DNA from: an uncultured bacterium
GTDB taxonomy: Bacteria; Planctomycetota; UBA1135; GCA-002686595
Length of the DNA stretch: 64,000 nucleotides
Reading direction: 5' to 3'
Assembly: GCA_943787795.1 (NCBI GenBank)
Contig: CALSNU010000006.1
Location: 320,001-384,000, forward strand
A program made the position numbers and the translations under genes. Below the pieces are notes generated by a model, which did no database searches, was not told the origin of the DNA, and saw only the letters and a list, made by a program, of their open reading frames with translations. This document shows, in pieces, positions 1 through 9,384 of the stretch (positions are counted from its first letter, which is position 1; every line of letters starts with the position of its first letter).

Positions 1-943
1 GAAGGCCGCCATAGGACTCCCCCGCCCTGGCGCTCCCCGGCAGGAGGTCGTCGCCGATGGGCAGCGGCGTGGTCCACTCCTGCCACTCCCGCTCCGCGTC
101 ATCGTGGAGCCTGAAGCGCGACCCTCCCGGCGCGGGCTCTCCGCCATCCGGAGGGGTGGCCACGGCGATCGCGCCGACCAGCGCAGAACGCAGCGAGTCG
201 AGGCCGAGCTCCACGCCGCGCGTCAGGGTCAGGTCCACCTCAACGCCGCCCATCTCCCAGAACAGGCTCCGCTCGCGGATCAGCCGGGCGAACCCGCTCC
301 TCACCGTCACGTGAATCTCCACGGCGGTGGCGTCGCTGGAAAGCTGGACGGCGGTCACCGCACCGATGGTCACCCCACGGAAGGTGAGCGCGGCCCCAGG
401 CTGAATCCCGTTCCGCCGGGGCGACTCGAGCACGAGATCGAGCCCGGGCAGCCCGCCGCTCAGCCCATCCACCGGGGGCGCGGCGAGCGCCGTGAACCGG
501 CCGCGCCGCTCGGCGCCCTCGGGTCCGGGGTCCAGGCTGACGTACCGCGACCCGAGGAGAGTGTCGAGCCCGGTGACGGCGTCGAGCGAGAGGAGCGGTC
601 GGACGATCCAGAGCCGTGTGCCGGCCCGCGCCAGCCCCTGGGCCTCCGGTCGAAAGCGCAGCTCCAGCTCAACGCCGGCGCCCTCCGCGAGGCGAACATC
701 AACGACCTCTCCCACATCCAGGCCCTGAAAGCGGATGGGGTCACCCGGTCCGATGCCGTGCCCGTGGGGCGCCATCAACGTCACCGTCGGGCCCGCCCCC
801 TGGAGCAGCAGAAAGAGGGAGATCCCAGCCCCCACCAGCGCTCCAAGCATCCACCAGCGTCTGCCCCCCCGGGCCCCCGCAGGGTCGGAGATCACCGCAT
901 CGGGGAGGGAGGCTTCCAGGGCGTGCTCGTCAGGGCTCATCAT
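1..943 (-). CDS. pqiB: PqiB/MlaD (MCE-domain) intermembrane transport protein, truncated at window edge
   Basis: Manual translation from ATG at 943 (overlaps pqiA stop): TM helix, then GIGPGDPIRFQGLDVGEV...LWIVRP...VTGLDTLLGSRYV, and a second MCE domain GIQPGAALTFRGVTIGAV; no stop before position 1, so absent from the ORF track. Confidence 0.85.
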   Translation of the reverse strand, partial: MMSPDEHALEASLPDAVISDPAGARGGRRWWMLGALVGAGISLFLLLQGAGPTVTLMAPHGHGIGPGDPIRFQGLDVGEVVDVRLAEGAGVELELRFRPEAQGLARAGTRLWIVRPLLSLDAVTGLDTLLGSRYVSLDPGPEGAERRGRFTALAAPPVDGLSGGLPGLDLVLESPRRNGIQPGAALTFRGVTIGAVTAVQLSSDATAVEIHVTVRSGFARLIRERSLFWEMGGVEVDLTLTRGVELGLDSLRSALVGAIAVATPPDGGEPAPGGSRFRLHDDAEREWQEWTTPLPIGDDLLPGSARAGESYGGL

Positions 944-1569
944 TCGGAATCGGGATCGTCCCACAGTGCGTGGGGGTCGTATTGAGCAGAGGCGGTCAGG
1001 CTCAGGAGGACAACCGTCGCGAACACCCAAAGGCCGGGACCCACGGTGAACTCGACCAGCTCGCCCATCTTCATCCAGGCCACCAGCACCGCGACGAGCA
1101 GCACGTCGAGCATGCCCCAGCGGCCCGTCCACTCCACCAACCGCCAGCCGAACCGGCGGTGGTGCACCGCGAGCCAATTTCGGCCGGCAGTGACAAGGAG
1201 GAGAGAGGACAGCTTCACCACCGGAAGGCAGAGCGAGCACACGAGCACGATGAGCCCAACCATGAGCTCGCCGCGCCCGATCAGGCCAAGGCTGCCCGAC
1301 CAGAGGCTCGCCTCCACCGCACGGCCGAACTGCTGGACCTCGAAGACCGGCAGCAAGACCGCCGCAGGAAAGAGGGTCAGCGCCGTGGCGCAGAGCAGAG
1401 CCACACGAGAGGAAACCGCTCGCCCACGCCGCCCCCCGCTCGCCTGCGGGAGCGGCTCACCGCATCGACCGCAGCTGAAGGTCGCCCCCTTCGCGGCCGG
1501 CGGCAGCTTCGAGACTCGCCCACAGCACGGACAGGCCGCGAGCGGCAGCGTCGAGGTCGGACTTGACAC
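940..1569 (-). CDS. pqiA: paraquat-inducible protein A (single PqiA domain)
   Basis: N-terminal CxxC..CxRC, then GRWGMLDVLLVAVLV motif; adjacent to pqiB. Confidence 0.88.
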   Translation of the reverse strand: MSSPTSTLPLAACPCCGRVSKLPPAAKGATFSCGRCGEPLPQASGGRRGRAVSSRVALLCATALTLFPAAVLLPVFEVQQFGRAVEASLWSGSLGLIGRGELMVGLIVLVCSLCLPVVKLSSLLLVTAGRNWLAVHHRRFGWRLVEWTGRWGMLDVLLVAVLVAWMKMGELVEFTVGPGLWVFATVVLLSLTASAQYDPHALWDDPDSE

Positions 1570-1606
1570 TCCACAAGTCTAGGCAAACGACAGGCTGATC
1601 GCCGCG

Positions 1607-2512
1607 TCAAGCCCTGGCGGCCCCCGCTGCCGGCCGGCGGAGCACGAGGGCGCAGCCCAGCAGAACAAAGGTGAGTCCACCGAGAGTCCAGGCCGTGACG
1701 GTCTCCTCCCCGAGGCTGGCGCCAACCACCAGCGCGATGGCCGGGGTCACGTAGGCGATCAGCGAGAGCGCCACCGTGCTCGCCTGGCGCAGGACCCAGA
1801 AGTAGAGGGTGAAGGTCAGCACGGTGCCGAAGAGCGCGAGGTACATGATCCCCAGCGCACCCTTTGCGGTGGACGGCGGAGAGATGCCTCCTTCGACGAG
1901 CAGCGCCGCCGTGAGCAGCATCAGGCTCCCCAGCAACAGCGCGGAGCGATTGAGCAGCGCGGCGCTGACGTGCGCCCCGTGCCGCTTGATGTACGCGGTG
2001 GCGAGGGCTGAGACGAGGGGACTCAAGAGGAGCACCAGGCCCCGCTCGACGGCGTCCCCGCCCACCGATCGCACGTCCGTCAGGAAGAGCAGCACAACGC
2101 CAACGAAACCAACGACCAGGCCCCACCACTGGGCGCCGTGGAGGCGCGCCTCGGTCCCCTGAAGCTGGGACACGCCCGCCGTCATCAGCGGGAACACCGC
2201 CCAGAGCACCGCCGTCAGCCCCGAGGGGAGCGTCTGCTCGGCCCAGTAGACGATGCCGTAGCTGATGGCAAAGTTGCCCGTCGCCATCACGACCACCAGC
2301 CGCCACGTGGGCCGCTCACCGCCCTCGCGCGCTGCGATCCCGGGCGCCACCGCGGACATCACCAGCCAGGCGAGGAAGAAGCGCATGCCCCCGCTCCCGA
2401 AGGGCTGCATCTCACTCAGCCCCTCGCGCACCACGAACCACGTCGAGCCCCAGACGAGGCACATGACTGTGACCGCAATCCGGACCGGCGTGACGATACT
2501 TCCCGGGTTCAT
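1607..2512 (-). CDS. EamA/DMT family transporter
   Basis: VWGSTW, PSGLTAVL, YLALFGT motifs; about 10 TM segments. Confidence 0.9.
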   Translation of the reverse strand: MNPGSIVTPVRIAVTVMCLVWGSTWFVVREGLSEMQPFGSGGMRFFLAWLVMSAVAPGIAAREGGERPTWRLVVVMATGNFAISYGIVYWAEQTLPSGLTAVLWAVFPLMTAGVSQLQGTEARLHGAQWWGLVVGFVGVVLLFLTDVRSVGGDAVERGLVLLLSPLVSALATAYIKRHGAHVSAALLNRSALLLGSLMLLTAALLVEGGISPPSTAKGALGIMYLALFGTVLTFTLYFWVLRQASTVALSLIAYVTPAIALVVGASLGEETVTAWTLGGLTFVLLGCALVLRRPAAGAARA

Positions 2513-2621
2513 GGTGTGGGCGGTTCGAGCGGCGCCGCGGCCGGGATGCTGCCGAGCGGCGATGGGACTCGGGCGAGGGACGGGCCCCGCCGCTCAGCGT
2601 GACCCCGAGGCCTCGGCCTGT

Positions 2622-4094
2622 TCAATCGGAGTCCGGCGCAGCCTCACCGAGCGGGTCCCCCAGCGCTCCTCCCATGAACCCGCCCCCCAGGGCCACGTGA
2701 AGGTCCACCCGGTTCTGATAGAGCTCGCGTCTTGCCTCCAGGAAGGTGGACTCTGCCTGCAATTCCCGCCGCTGCGCCTCCAGCACGAGGTCAATGCCCA
2801 CGAGCCCCTGGTCGTATTGATCATCCGCGAGAGCGGTCGCCTCGCGAGAGCGCAGCGCCGCCTCCTCGAGGTGCCCGAGACGCTCCAGCAGGAGGTTCTC
2901 CGCCGCGAGAGCGTTCTCCACCTCGAAGAAAGCCCGCAGGGCCGCCGAGGCGAACAGCGCGCGCACCTCCAGCAGCGCCGCCAGCGACTCGTCGATACGG
3001 GCCTCGCGCCGCCCACCGTCAAGGATCGGCGCCGTCACTCGACCCGCCAGGGACCACACCCCGAAGTCTCCGTCCAGGAGGCTCTCGAGATCGTTGCTCG
3101 TGAGGCCCCCGCTCGAGGTCAGGGCGATGGAGGGCCACCGATCCAGCCGCGCCTGCCGCGCGGTGGCCTCGGCGGCGGTCATGCGCCGCTCGATGGCGAC
3201 GATGTCGGGCCGGCGCGACAGCACCTCCGCCGGCACCCCGGCGGGCACGGCAGGGGGCAGGCCAGAGAAGCCGCCCTCCGTCCGGAGCTCGGCATCAGGG
3301 AAGCGGCCGAGGAGGACCTCGATCTGCCTCGACACCACCTCCCGCGTTCGCTCCGCCGCCGTCAGTTGCGCTCGGCTTCCAGCGACGTTGGCCTGGGAGA
3401 GTCGCAGGTCAAGCGTGCCGGTGAGCCCCGCCTCATGCCGATCCTCGATGGCCTCGAGGCTTCGTTCGTACGAGGCGACCGTGGCCTCGCTCAGCGCCAC
3501 CTGCTGCGCCGCCGCGCGCAGTCCGAACCACGCGATGGTCACCTGAGCCGCCACGCTGAGCCGAGCCGCGGCGAGGTCCGCCATGACGGCCTGGACCTCC
3601 GCCTCGGCGGCGTCCACGCCGGCCGCGAGCTTGCCCCACAGGTCGAGCTCCCAGGACAGGTCGATGGCCGCCGACCACTGGCTGTACTCCGACTGGAGGG
3701 GGCCGCCCGGGAAGGGGAATCCCACGAAGGCCTGGTCCTGCCTCGACCCGTCCACCCGCCCCTGCACCTGGGGCCGACGGGCCGAGCGCGCCACCATCGA
3801 ACGGGCTGCCGCACCCCTCAATCGCTCGGCGCTGGCGAGCAGGTCCCGGTTGTACGTCAGGGCTTCTTCCACGAGCCCGTTCAGGAGGGGGTCGTCAAAG
3901 GTCTCCCAAAACGGTCGGGGGTCGTCCTCGCGGGCTGCCAGGCCATCCCCACCCACCCCCGTCGGGGTCCAGGCCTCAGGGAGGTCGCCCCGCAGGAGGG
4001 AGGAGAGGTCAGGACGCTCCTCCGCAGCGTCCGGCCCGGCGCAGCCAGCGGAGAGGAGGAGTGCGGCGATGAGGGGCCCGAGGCGTGTACGCAT
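2622..4094 (-). CDS. outer membrane efflux lipoprotein (NodT/OprM/TolC family)
   Basis: Lipobox LSAGC, FDDPLLNGLVEEAL, SWELDLWG, RRPDIVA, ALGGG end; start placed at MRTRLG. Confidence 0.9.
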   Translation of the reverse strand: MRTRLGPLIAALLLSAGCAGPDAAEERPDLSSLLRGDLPEAWTPTGVGGDGLAAREDDPRPFWETFDDPLLNGLVEEALTYNRDLLASAERLRGAAARSMVARSARRPQVQGRVDGSRQDQAFVGFPFPGGPLQSEYSQWSAAIDLSWELDLWGKLAAGVDAAEAEVQAVMADLAAARLSVAAQVTIAWFGLRAAAQQVALSEATVASYERSLEAIEDRHEAGLTGTLDLRLSQANVAGSRAQLTAAERTREVVSRQIEVLLGRFPDAELRTEGGFSGLPPAVPAGVPAEVLSRRPDIVAIERRMTAAEATARQARLDRWPSIALTSSGGLTSNDLESLLDGDFGVWSLAGRVTAPILDGGRREARIDESLAALLEVRALFASAALRAFFEVENALAAENLLLERLGHLEEAALRSREATALADDQYDQGLVGIDLVLEAQRRELQAESTFLEARRELYQNRVDLHVALGGGFMGGALGDPLGEAAPDSD

Positions 4095-4203
4095 GATCGT
4101 TGGGGTACGCGAGGCCGCCCATCCAAGGACTCCCTCGCCCAAGGAGTTTAGGATCGAGCCCCCGCTCCCTCCCGGCCTCGCCAACCGATTATTCGGACGC
4201 CCC

Positions 4204-5739
4204 ATGCCCCACGCCGCCCCCCTCCTCCTCGCCCTGCTGGCGCTCCCCTCCCCTGGCCCCCGCGTCACGGCCCGCGCCCAGGAGCCCGCGGCCCCTGCTG
4301 TCCAGGCGCCCGCTCAGCCAGCCGCACAGCCGGCCCACCCGCTGGTGGCAGGTGTCTCCAACCAGCGTGCCGCCGCCACCGTCCGTGACCTCGTGGCCCT
4401 TGGCGCACGAATGGGCGGCACGAGCTCCGGCGAGCGAGCTGCGAAGCTCCTCGAGAAGCGCTTCGAGGCCATGGGCCTTGAGAGCGTCCGCCAGCTGGGG
4501 CGCGAGCAATGGTGCCATGAGGAGCTGTCGTGGAGCCTGATCGCCAGGATCGACGGGGAGGACCCCGTTCCCCTGGAGCGGATCTGGCCCTGGGGCTTCT
4601 CGCCGGCAGGCGCAGGGAAGCGCATCCCCCTGGAGGTCGGCGATGCCCGGAGCGAGCCCGGTCCGGGGGTGGCGCTGCTCACAGGCTCCTATATGGGCGT
4701 CCGGCGCAAGGGAACCCCCTCCAACGTGGTGCTCGTCGACGACGCGAACACCATCGACGGCGCCTGGCCCGTCTGCCGCTCCCTGCGACGCCGCGGGGAG
4801 CAGGCGACGACCTTTGGAATCTCCGCGCCCGAGGGCGCCAGGCTGCGCGTGGCGATCGAGGCCGGCAAGGCCGTCGAGCTGGACTGGAGCCTCGAGACGG
4901 TCATCAAGCAGGCCGCGCCTGTAACCGTCGTCGCGACGCTACCCGCCGCCAAGGGCGCGCCCGCGGGGCACTTCCTCGTCTGCGCACACGGGGACTCGGA
5001 CAGCGGAGGCCCAGGGGCCAACGACAACGCCAGCGGCGTGGCCATCGTCCTCGAGATCGCAGAGGCTTGGAGCGCTGCGGTGGCCGCCGGCGCCATCGAG
5101 CCGCCGTGCCGCGAGATTCGCTTTGCCATCTGGGGTACCGAGATCGCGTCCACTCGCGCCTACCTGGAGTCCGAGCTGGGCGCCGGTGTCCTCGGCGTCA
5201 TGAACTTCGACCAGGCTGGTTACGGGGCGACGGGGCAGCGACTTCACGTCGAACCGGACGACCTGCAAGCCAACGCGGGCTTCATCGCTGCGGCGGGGCG
5301 TGTACTCACGGACCGCGCTGGAACGCCGGGCTTCCCCGAGCGCTGGGCCACCAACAAGAGCCTTGGCGGAACCGACAGCTACGTGTTCAGCGGCTCCCGG
5401 CGCTTCCGAGACGGGGGGCTCCCGGCGGTCACGCTGTACACCAGCGCCTGGGGGAAGCCAGACGAGCAGCCGCGGACCGCTGGGATGCCTGGCGAGTCCT
5501 GGAGTGACCGTGACCGGGTCGCCATCGACTTCGATGAGCACTACCACTCCGCCGGCGATACCCCGGAGAACACCACGGACAAGGAGCCGGAGAACATGGG
5601 CTGGTGCGCCCGCGTGGGGCTCCTCGCGGTCACCGGTTATCTGGAGGGCCTTGATGGCGAGGTCCCTACCGGCGAGGTCCCCGGCGGAGAGGGCCCCGGC
5701 GGAGAGGGCCCCCGCGATGAGGGTCGATCCAGCAAGTAG
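4204..5739 (+). CDS. secreted M28 family metallopeptidase
   Basis: Signal peptide, CAHGDS, GANDNASGVA, WGTE, YHSAGDT motifs. Confidence 0.85.
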   Translation: MPHAAPLLLALLALPSPGPRVTARAQEPAAPAVQAPAQPAAQPAHPLVAGVSNQRAAATVRDLVALGARMGGTSSGERAAKLLEKRFEAMGLESVRQLGREQWCHEELSWSLIARIDGEDPVPLERIWPWGFSPAGAGKRIPLEVGDARSEPGPGVALLTGSYMGVRRKGTPSNVVLVDDANTIDGAWPVCRSLRRRGEQATTFGISAPEGARLRVAIEAGKAVELDWSLETVIKQAAPVTVVATLPAAKGAPAGHFLVCAHGDSDSGGPGANDNASGVAIVLEIAEAWSAAVAAGAIEPPCREIRFAIWGTEIASTRAYLESELGAGVLGVMNFDQAGYGATGQRLHVEPDDLQANAGFIAAAGRVLTDRAGTPGFPERWATNKSLGGTDSYVFSGSRRFRDGGLPAVTLYTSAWGKPDEQPRTAGMPGESWSDRDRVAIDFDEHYHSAGDTPENTTDKEPENMGWCARVGLLAVTGYLEGLDGEVPTGEVPGGEGPGGEGPRDEGRSSK

Positions 5740-7469
5740 GCGTAGAGGAGGGTCATTGAGCTCCCGACGGGCACGTACCACGGCCACGCGATGGAGCGGC
5801 CGTCGTCAAACGCGCCGACCTCGGCCAGCCGCGTCAGGAGGAACAGGGTGAAGGCGAGCCACAGGGTCTGAATTGAACCGTGGGGCTGGCGGCGCCGGGG
5901 CAGGCCCAGGAAGAGCCACAGGGCAAGAAAGCCACCGGCGACCCACCAGCTCGCCGCATAGGCCACTTCACCGTGCCAGATCCCGAAGAGGACCGTCAGT
6001 AGACCCAGGGGTGCCGCCCAGAGGTAACCGGCGGCACCACGGGTTCCGGATCCCCAGGAGAGCGCGAAGCCGGCGAGCAGCGGGCCGCCGACCAGTCCGG
6101 ACATCCCGAGCGCCAGCCCGAGCAGGTCGTCGTACTGCGCCTCGATCACGGGCATGGCCACGGCGAGGGCCGCCAGCGCGGCCGCCCAGAAGATGACAAA
6201 GGCGCGCCCGACCCGGATCGAGCCCCCTTCGTCCCCCTCTGCCGGCCAGCCCAACGCGCGCCGAACGAGCGGCCAGACCGTCGCCTGGGACGCTTGACCC
6301 AGGGCCGCGAGGATCGAATCCAGGCTCGAGATCGCTGCGGCGAACGCCGCGGCGAGCACGAGTCCCCGGACGCCTGCGGGGAGCTCCTCCCTGACGAACA
6401 CCGGCAGGATGCGCTCGGGCTTGTCGCCAACGAGCGCGAGGGCCCCCTCCGACATGGCGTGCTCGAGGTAGTAGCCGTACAGCCCGATGCCGATGAGGAA
6501 GGCGAGGGCGATCACGATCACCGCCGCGTAGCTCCCCACCATCGCGAGCTGCGCGTCACGTTTGGAGCGGCAGCAGAGCAACCGCTGCACGATCAGCTGG
6601 TCGGTTCCATAGGGGCCGATCAGCCCCCAGCTCGCAGCGAAGAGGACGGCCCAGAGCGTGTATGGCTTCGTGAACGCGAAGTCCGTGTCGATCAGCCCGA
6701 GGCGGCCCGAGTCCATGGCGAGCCGCCATGACTCCCCGAGACCACCCTCGACCCCGGCGTGCAGGGCGACCAGCATCCCGAGCATGCCGCCCACGAAGAG
6801 CAGGAACAGCATCGCGTCGGTCCAGACCACCGTCGCCACGCCGCCGATCCACGTCCAGAGCAGCGCCACCAGCGCGATGGCCACGATGGCGCACGCCAGC
6901 GGCGGCAGGCCTGTGAGCGACGAGGCCGCCGCGAGCTCCTCTTGCGCGAGCACCTCGATCACGACCGCGGTGATGTAGACCCGCGAGGCCTGGGCCAGCG
7001 CGCCGCCGATCATGAAGAGCCCCGTCGTCATGCGGCGCACCGCAGGACCCAGGCGGTTGCCCATGAACTCGTAGGGGCTGTAGACCTCGCGCTCGTAGTA
7101 CGCGGGCACCAGGACGGTGGCCACGACGAGGCGCGCCACGAGCGCGCTGAACAGTCCGATCTGCAGGTAGAGGAGCGAACCGCCCTCCCGCCAGACCATG
7201 GAGGGCACCGCGAAGAACGTCACGGCCGAGATCTCGGTTGCGATGATCGAGGCGGACACCGCATACCAGGGCAGGCTTCGCCCCCCGAGGTAGAAGTCAC
7301 GGATGGACTCCTGCTTGCCGGTGAGGCGCTCCCCGAGGATCGTGATCGCCAGCAAAGCAAGACCGACGATGAGCCAGTCCAACCCCGTGAAGCCGCCGCC
7401 CAACTGGGCCTCGACTTCGAGCGGGTGACGGAGCAGGCCGAGCGACCCGAAGACGCCTTGACCGGTCAC
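5637..7469 (-). CDS. sodium:solute symporter (SSS family)
   Basis: DFYLGGRSLPW, SIIATEISAVTF, GTDQLIVQRLL, AAAISSLDS; GTG start overlaps upstream stop. Confidence 0.9.
   Translation of the reverse strand: MTGQGVFGSLGLLRHPLEVEAQLGGGFTGLDWLIVGLALLAITILGERLTGKQESIRDFYLGGRSLPWYAVSASIIATEISAVTFFAVPSMVWREGGSLLYLQIGLFSALVARLVVATVLVPAYYEREVYSPYEFMGNRLGPAVRRMTTGLFMIGGALAQASRVYITAVVIEVLAQEELAAASSLTGLPPLACAIVAIALVALLWTWIGGVATVVWTDAMLFLLFVGGMLGMLVALHAGVEGGLGESWRLAMDSGRLGLIDTDFAFTKPYTLWAVLFAASWGLIGPYGTDQLIVQRLLCCRSKRDAQLAMVGSYAAVIVIALAFLIGIGLYGYYLEHAMSEGALALVGDKPERILPVFVREELPAGVRGLVLAAAFAAAISSLDSILAALGQASQATVWPLVRRALGWPAEGDEGGSIRVGRAFVIFWAAALAALAVAMPVIEAQYDDLLGLALGMSGLVGGPLLAGFALSWGSGTRGAAGYLWAAPLGLLTVLFGIWHGEVAYAASWWVAGGFLALWLFLGLPRRRQPHGSIQTLWLAFTLFLLTRLAEVGAFDDGRSIAWPWYVPVGSSMTLLYAYLLDRPSSRGPSPPGPSPPGTSPVGTSPSRPSR
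5656..5720. repeat. 15-bp degenerate tandem repeat inside the M28/SSS convergent overlap
   Basis: ggcgaggtccctacc ggcgaggtccccggc ggagagggccccggc ggagagggcccccgc. Confidence 0.75.
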
Positions 7470-8560
7470 GCCCAACCTCCGCCCTCACCGCGCTGCGCGT
7501 CCACGGGCAAGCGCCCATGGAGGCTCGTGGCGGCCGCGCCGACCAGCAGGCCCTGAGCGCCCTGCCCGACCCGCACCAGCCCCTGGCACGGAGCGAGGCC
7601 GCCTCCGTCACGTTGGATCCAACCCGCTTCCATCGAGGCATCCTCCCGCTCCGAGAGCCGAAGAGCCAGCCCCTCGTTCAGGGAACCAGCGATGGCGTCT
7701 GCCCCCAGGCACGGACTCAGCGAGCCCGTGATCACCAGGCCGTCCGAGCCCGACGGCGCGGCCCCGCCCGGCGGCTGCCCCGTGGCGCGATGGAGTCGCT
7801 CCAGGAGCCGCCGCCCTGAAGCTCGCCCGAGCTCGTGGGCGGCCGAAACGAGCCAGGTCTCGGCAGGCCCCCCGCCGCGCTTCAGCGCCTCCACCAGCCC
7901 GGAGCGGGGGTGCCCGGCCGCTCTCCAGACCTCACCCAGCGCAGCCCCACCGACATCGAGGGGGCCGCCTGGCAGCTCCCTGCCCTCGCGGACCACCTGG
8001 CCCTCGGCCAGCTCGGCCCACGAGATCTCCGCGTCCCAGCAGGTCACCAGGCCACCGACGCCCCCCGCCATGGCCCCCAATGGCGACCACACCTCGCCCA
8101 ACGCGGCGGCGACGGCGATTGGAGCGACCGATCGAATGGGCTCCTCCAGCGGGACGCCGCGAGCTCGCAGGGTGTTGGTGAGCCGATCAGGCCAGCCCGC
8201 AGCCCGAGGCCCCCCGCGCGCCGCGAGCACCTCCCGGCCATGGACATCCAGCCAAGCGTCGAGGGCCACGCCCACGCGAACGCCAGGCGCCCTGAGCCCA
8301 AAAAGCAGCTGCTCGACCGCGCTCGCCACGGACTGAACCCATGACTCTCCGGCCTGATCCTCTCCCGGCAAGGGGCCCGTCCGGGCGAGCTGGGTCTGGA
8401 CCGGCGCAGGCCTGAAGCTGGGGGGCGACATCACGTCCTCCACGAGCCGCCGACGGGACGCTCGGAGCCGACCGAACGGCGTGCGCTCCACGAGGCGCGC
8501 TTCGACTCGTCCGGGCGAGCTGACCACGCCCACCAGGAGGCCTCCTGCCGCGGCGGTCAA
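7466..8560 (-). CDS. divergent ROK-family-like protein
   Basis: ROK-like layout (VGVAL..LD, AAALGEVW..GA, AAHELG); ExGH motif not evident; lies between nagB and SSS. Confidence 0.45.
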   Translation of the reverse strand: MTAAAGGLLVGVVSSPGRVEARLVERTPFGRLRASRRRLVEDVMSPPSFRPAPVQTQLARTGPLPGEDQAGESWVQSVASAVEQLLFGLRAPGVRVGVALDAWLDVHGREVLAARGGPRAAGWPDRLTNTLRARGVPLEEPIRSVAPIAVAAALGEVWSPLGAMAGGVGGLVTCWDAEISWAELAEGQVVREGRELPGGPLDVGGAALGEVWRAAGHPRSGLVEALKRGGGPAETWLVSAAHELGRASGRRLLERLHRATGQPPGGAAPSGSDGLVITGSLSPCLGADAIAGSLNEGLALRLSEREDASMEAGWIQRDGGGLAPCQGLVRVGQGAQGLLVGAAATSLHGRLPVDAQRGEGGGWA

Positions 8561-9381
8561 CCGACGCTCAGCAGAGAGGCGGCGGCGGCATCCACATGCA
8601 GCTGCACGTCCGGGTGACCGGCGAGGAACGAGGCGGGCAGCTCGCTGCCACCGGCCCCTGTCACGAGTCGCGCCACGACCTCCGCCTTGTGCTCACCGAG
8701 CGCCACGATCCGAAGGCGCCGCGCCTCAAGGATCGTCCCCACGCCCATGGTCACGGCCCGCAGGGGGACCGCGTCGAGCGAGCCAAACGAGGCCGCAGCG
8801 TCGGCGCGTGTCCGCGGCGCGAGCTCCACCTCTCGGGTCCTTGAATCGGGCCGGGAGCCCGGCTCATTGAACGCGATATGCCCGTTCCCCCCGAGACCGA
8901 GCAGCTGCAGGTCGAGCCCTCCAGCCGCCTCGATCGACGCCTCGAAGGCGCGCGCAGAGCGGGCGCTCTGGCCGCTTGCCTCGGCGTCGGGCGATGCGGG
9001 AAAAGACACCTGATCGCTCGAGAGGCCCAAGGGCTCGAAGAGGTGAGCCTCCATGAAGGCGCGGAAGCTCGCGGGGCTCTTGGGCGGGAGGCCCAGGTAC
9101 TCGTCCAGGTTGAAGGTACGCACCTCCCCCAATGACACCCCACCCTCACCGAGCAAGCGCCGCAGCGCCGCGTAGACGCCCACCATGGTGGAGCCCGTCG
9201 CGAAGCCCAGGGCGGAATCAGGCCGCTGCCGGATCAGATCCACCACCTCCGCCGCGACGGCTCCACAGGCCGCCTCGGCCGTGGCGTGAACCGTCACCGG
9301 CAGGCTCGCGAAAGGGCTCGCCCCATCGCTCCCGCCACCTCGCGCGTCGGGGTCGGGTTCCTGCTGCTCTTGGTTCATCAC
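8557..9381 (-). CDS. nagB: glucosamine-6-phosphate deaminase
   Basis: LGFATGST, TFNLDEY, LGLGGNGHIAFNEPG, AVTMGVGTIL; start 9381 (GTG) or 9378 (ATG). Confidence 0.93.
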   Translation of the reverse strand: MMNQEQQEPDPDARGGGSDGASPFASLPVTVHATAEAACGAVAAEVVDLIRQRPDSALGFATGSTMVGVYAALRRLLGEGGVSLGEVRTFNLDEYLGLPPKSPASFRAFMEAHLFEPLGLSSDQVSFPASPDAEASGQSARSARAFEASIEAAGGLDLQLLGLGGNGHIAFNEPGSRPDSRTREVELAPRTRADAAASFGSLDAVPLRAVTMGVGTILEARRLRIVALGEHKAEVVARLVTGAGGSELPASFLAGHPDVQLHVDAAAASLLSVG

Positions 9382-9384
9382 AGA

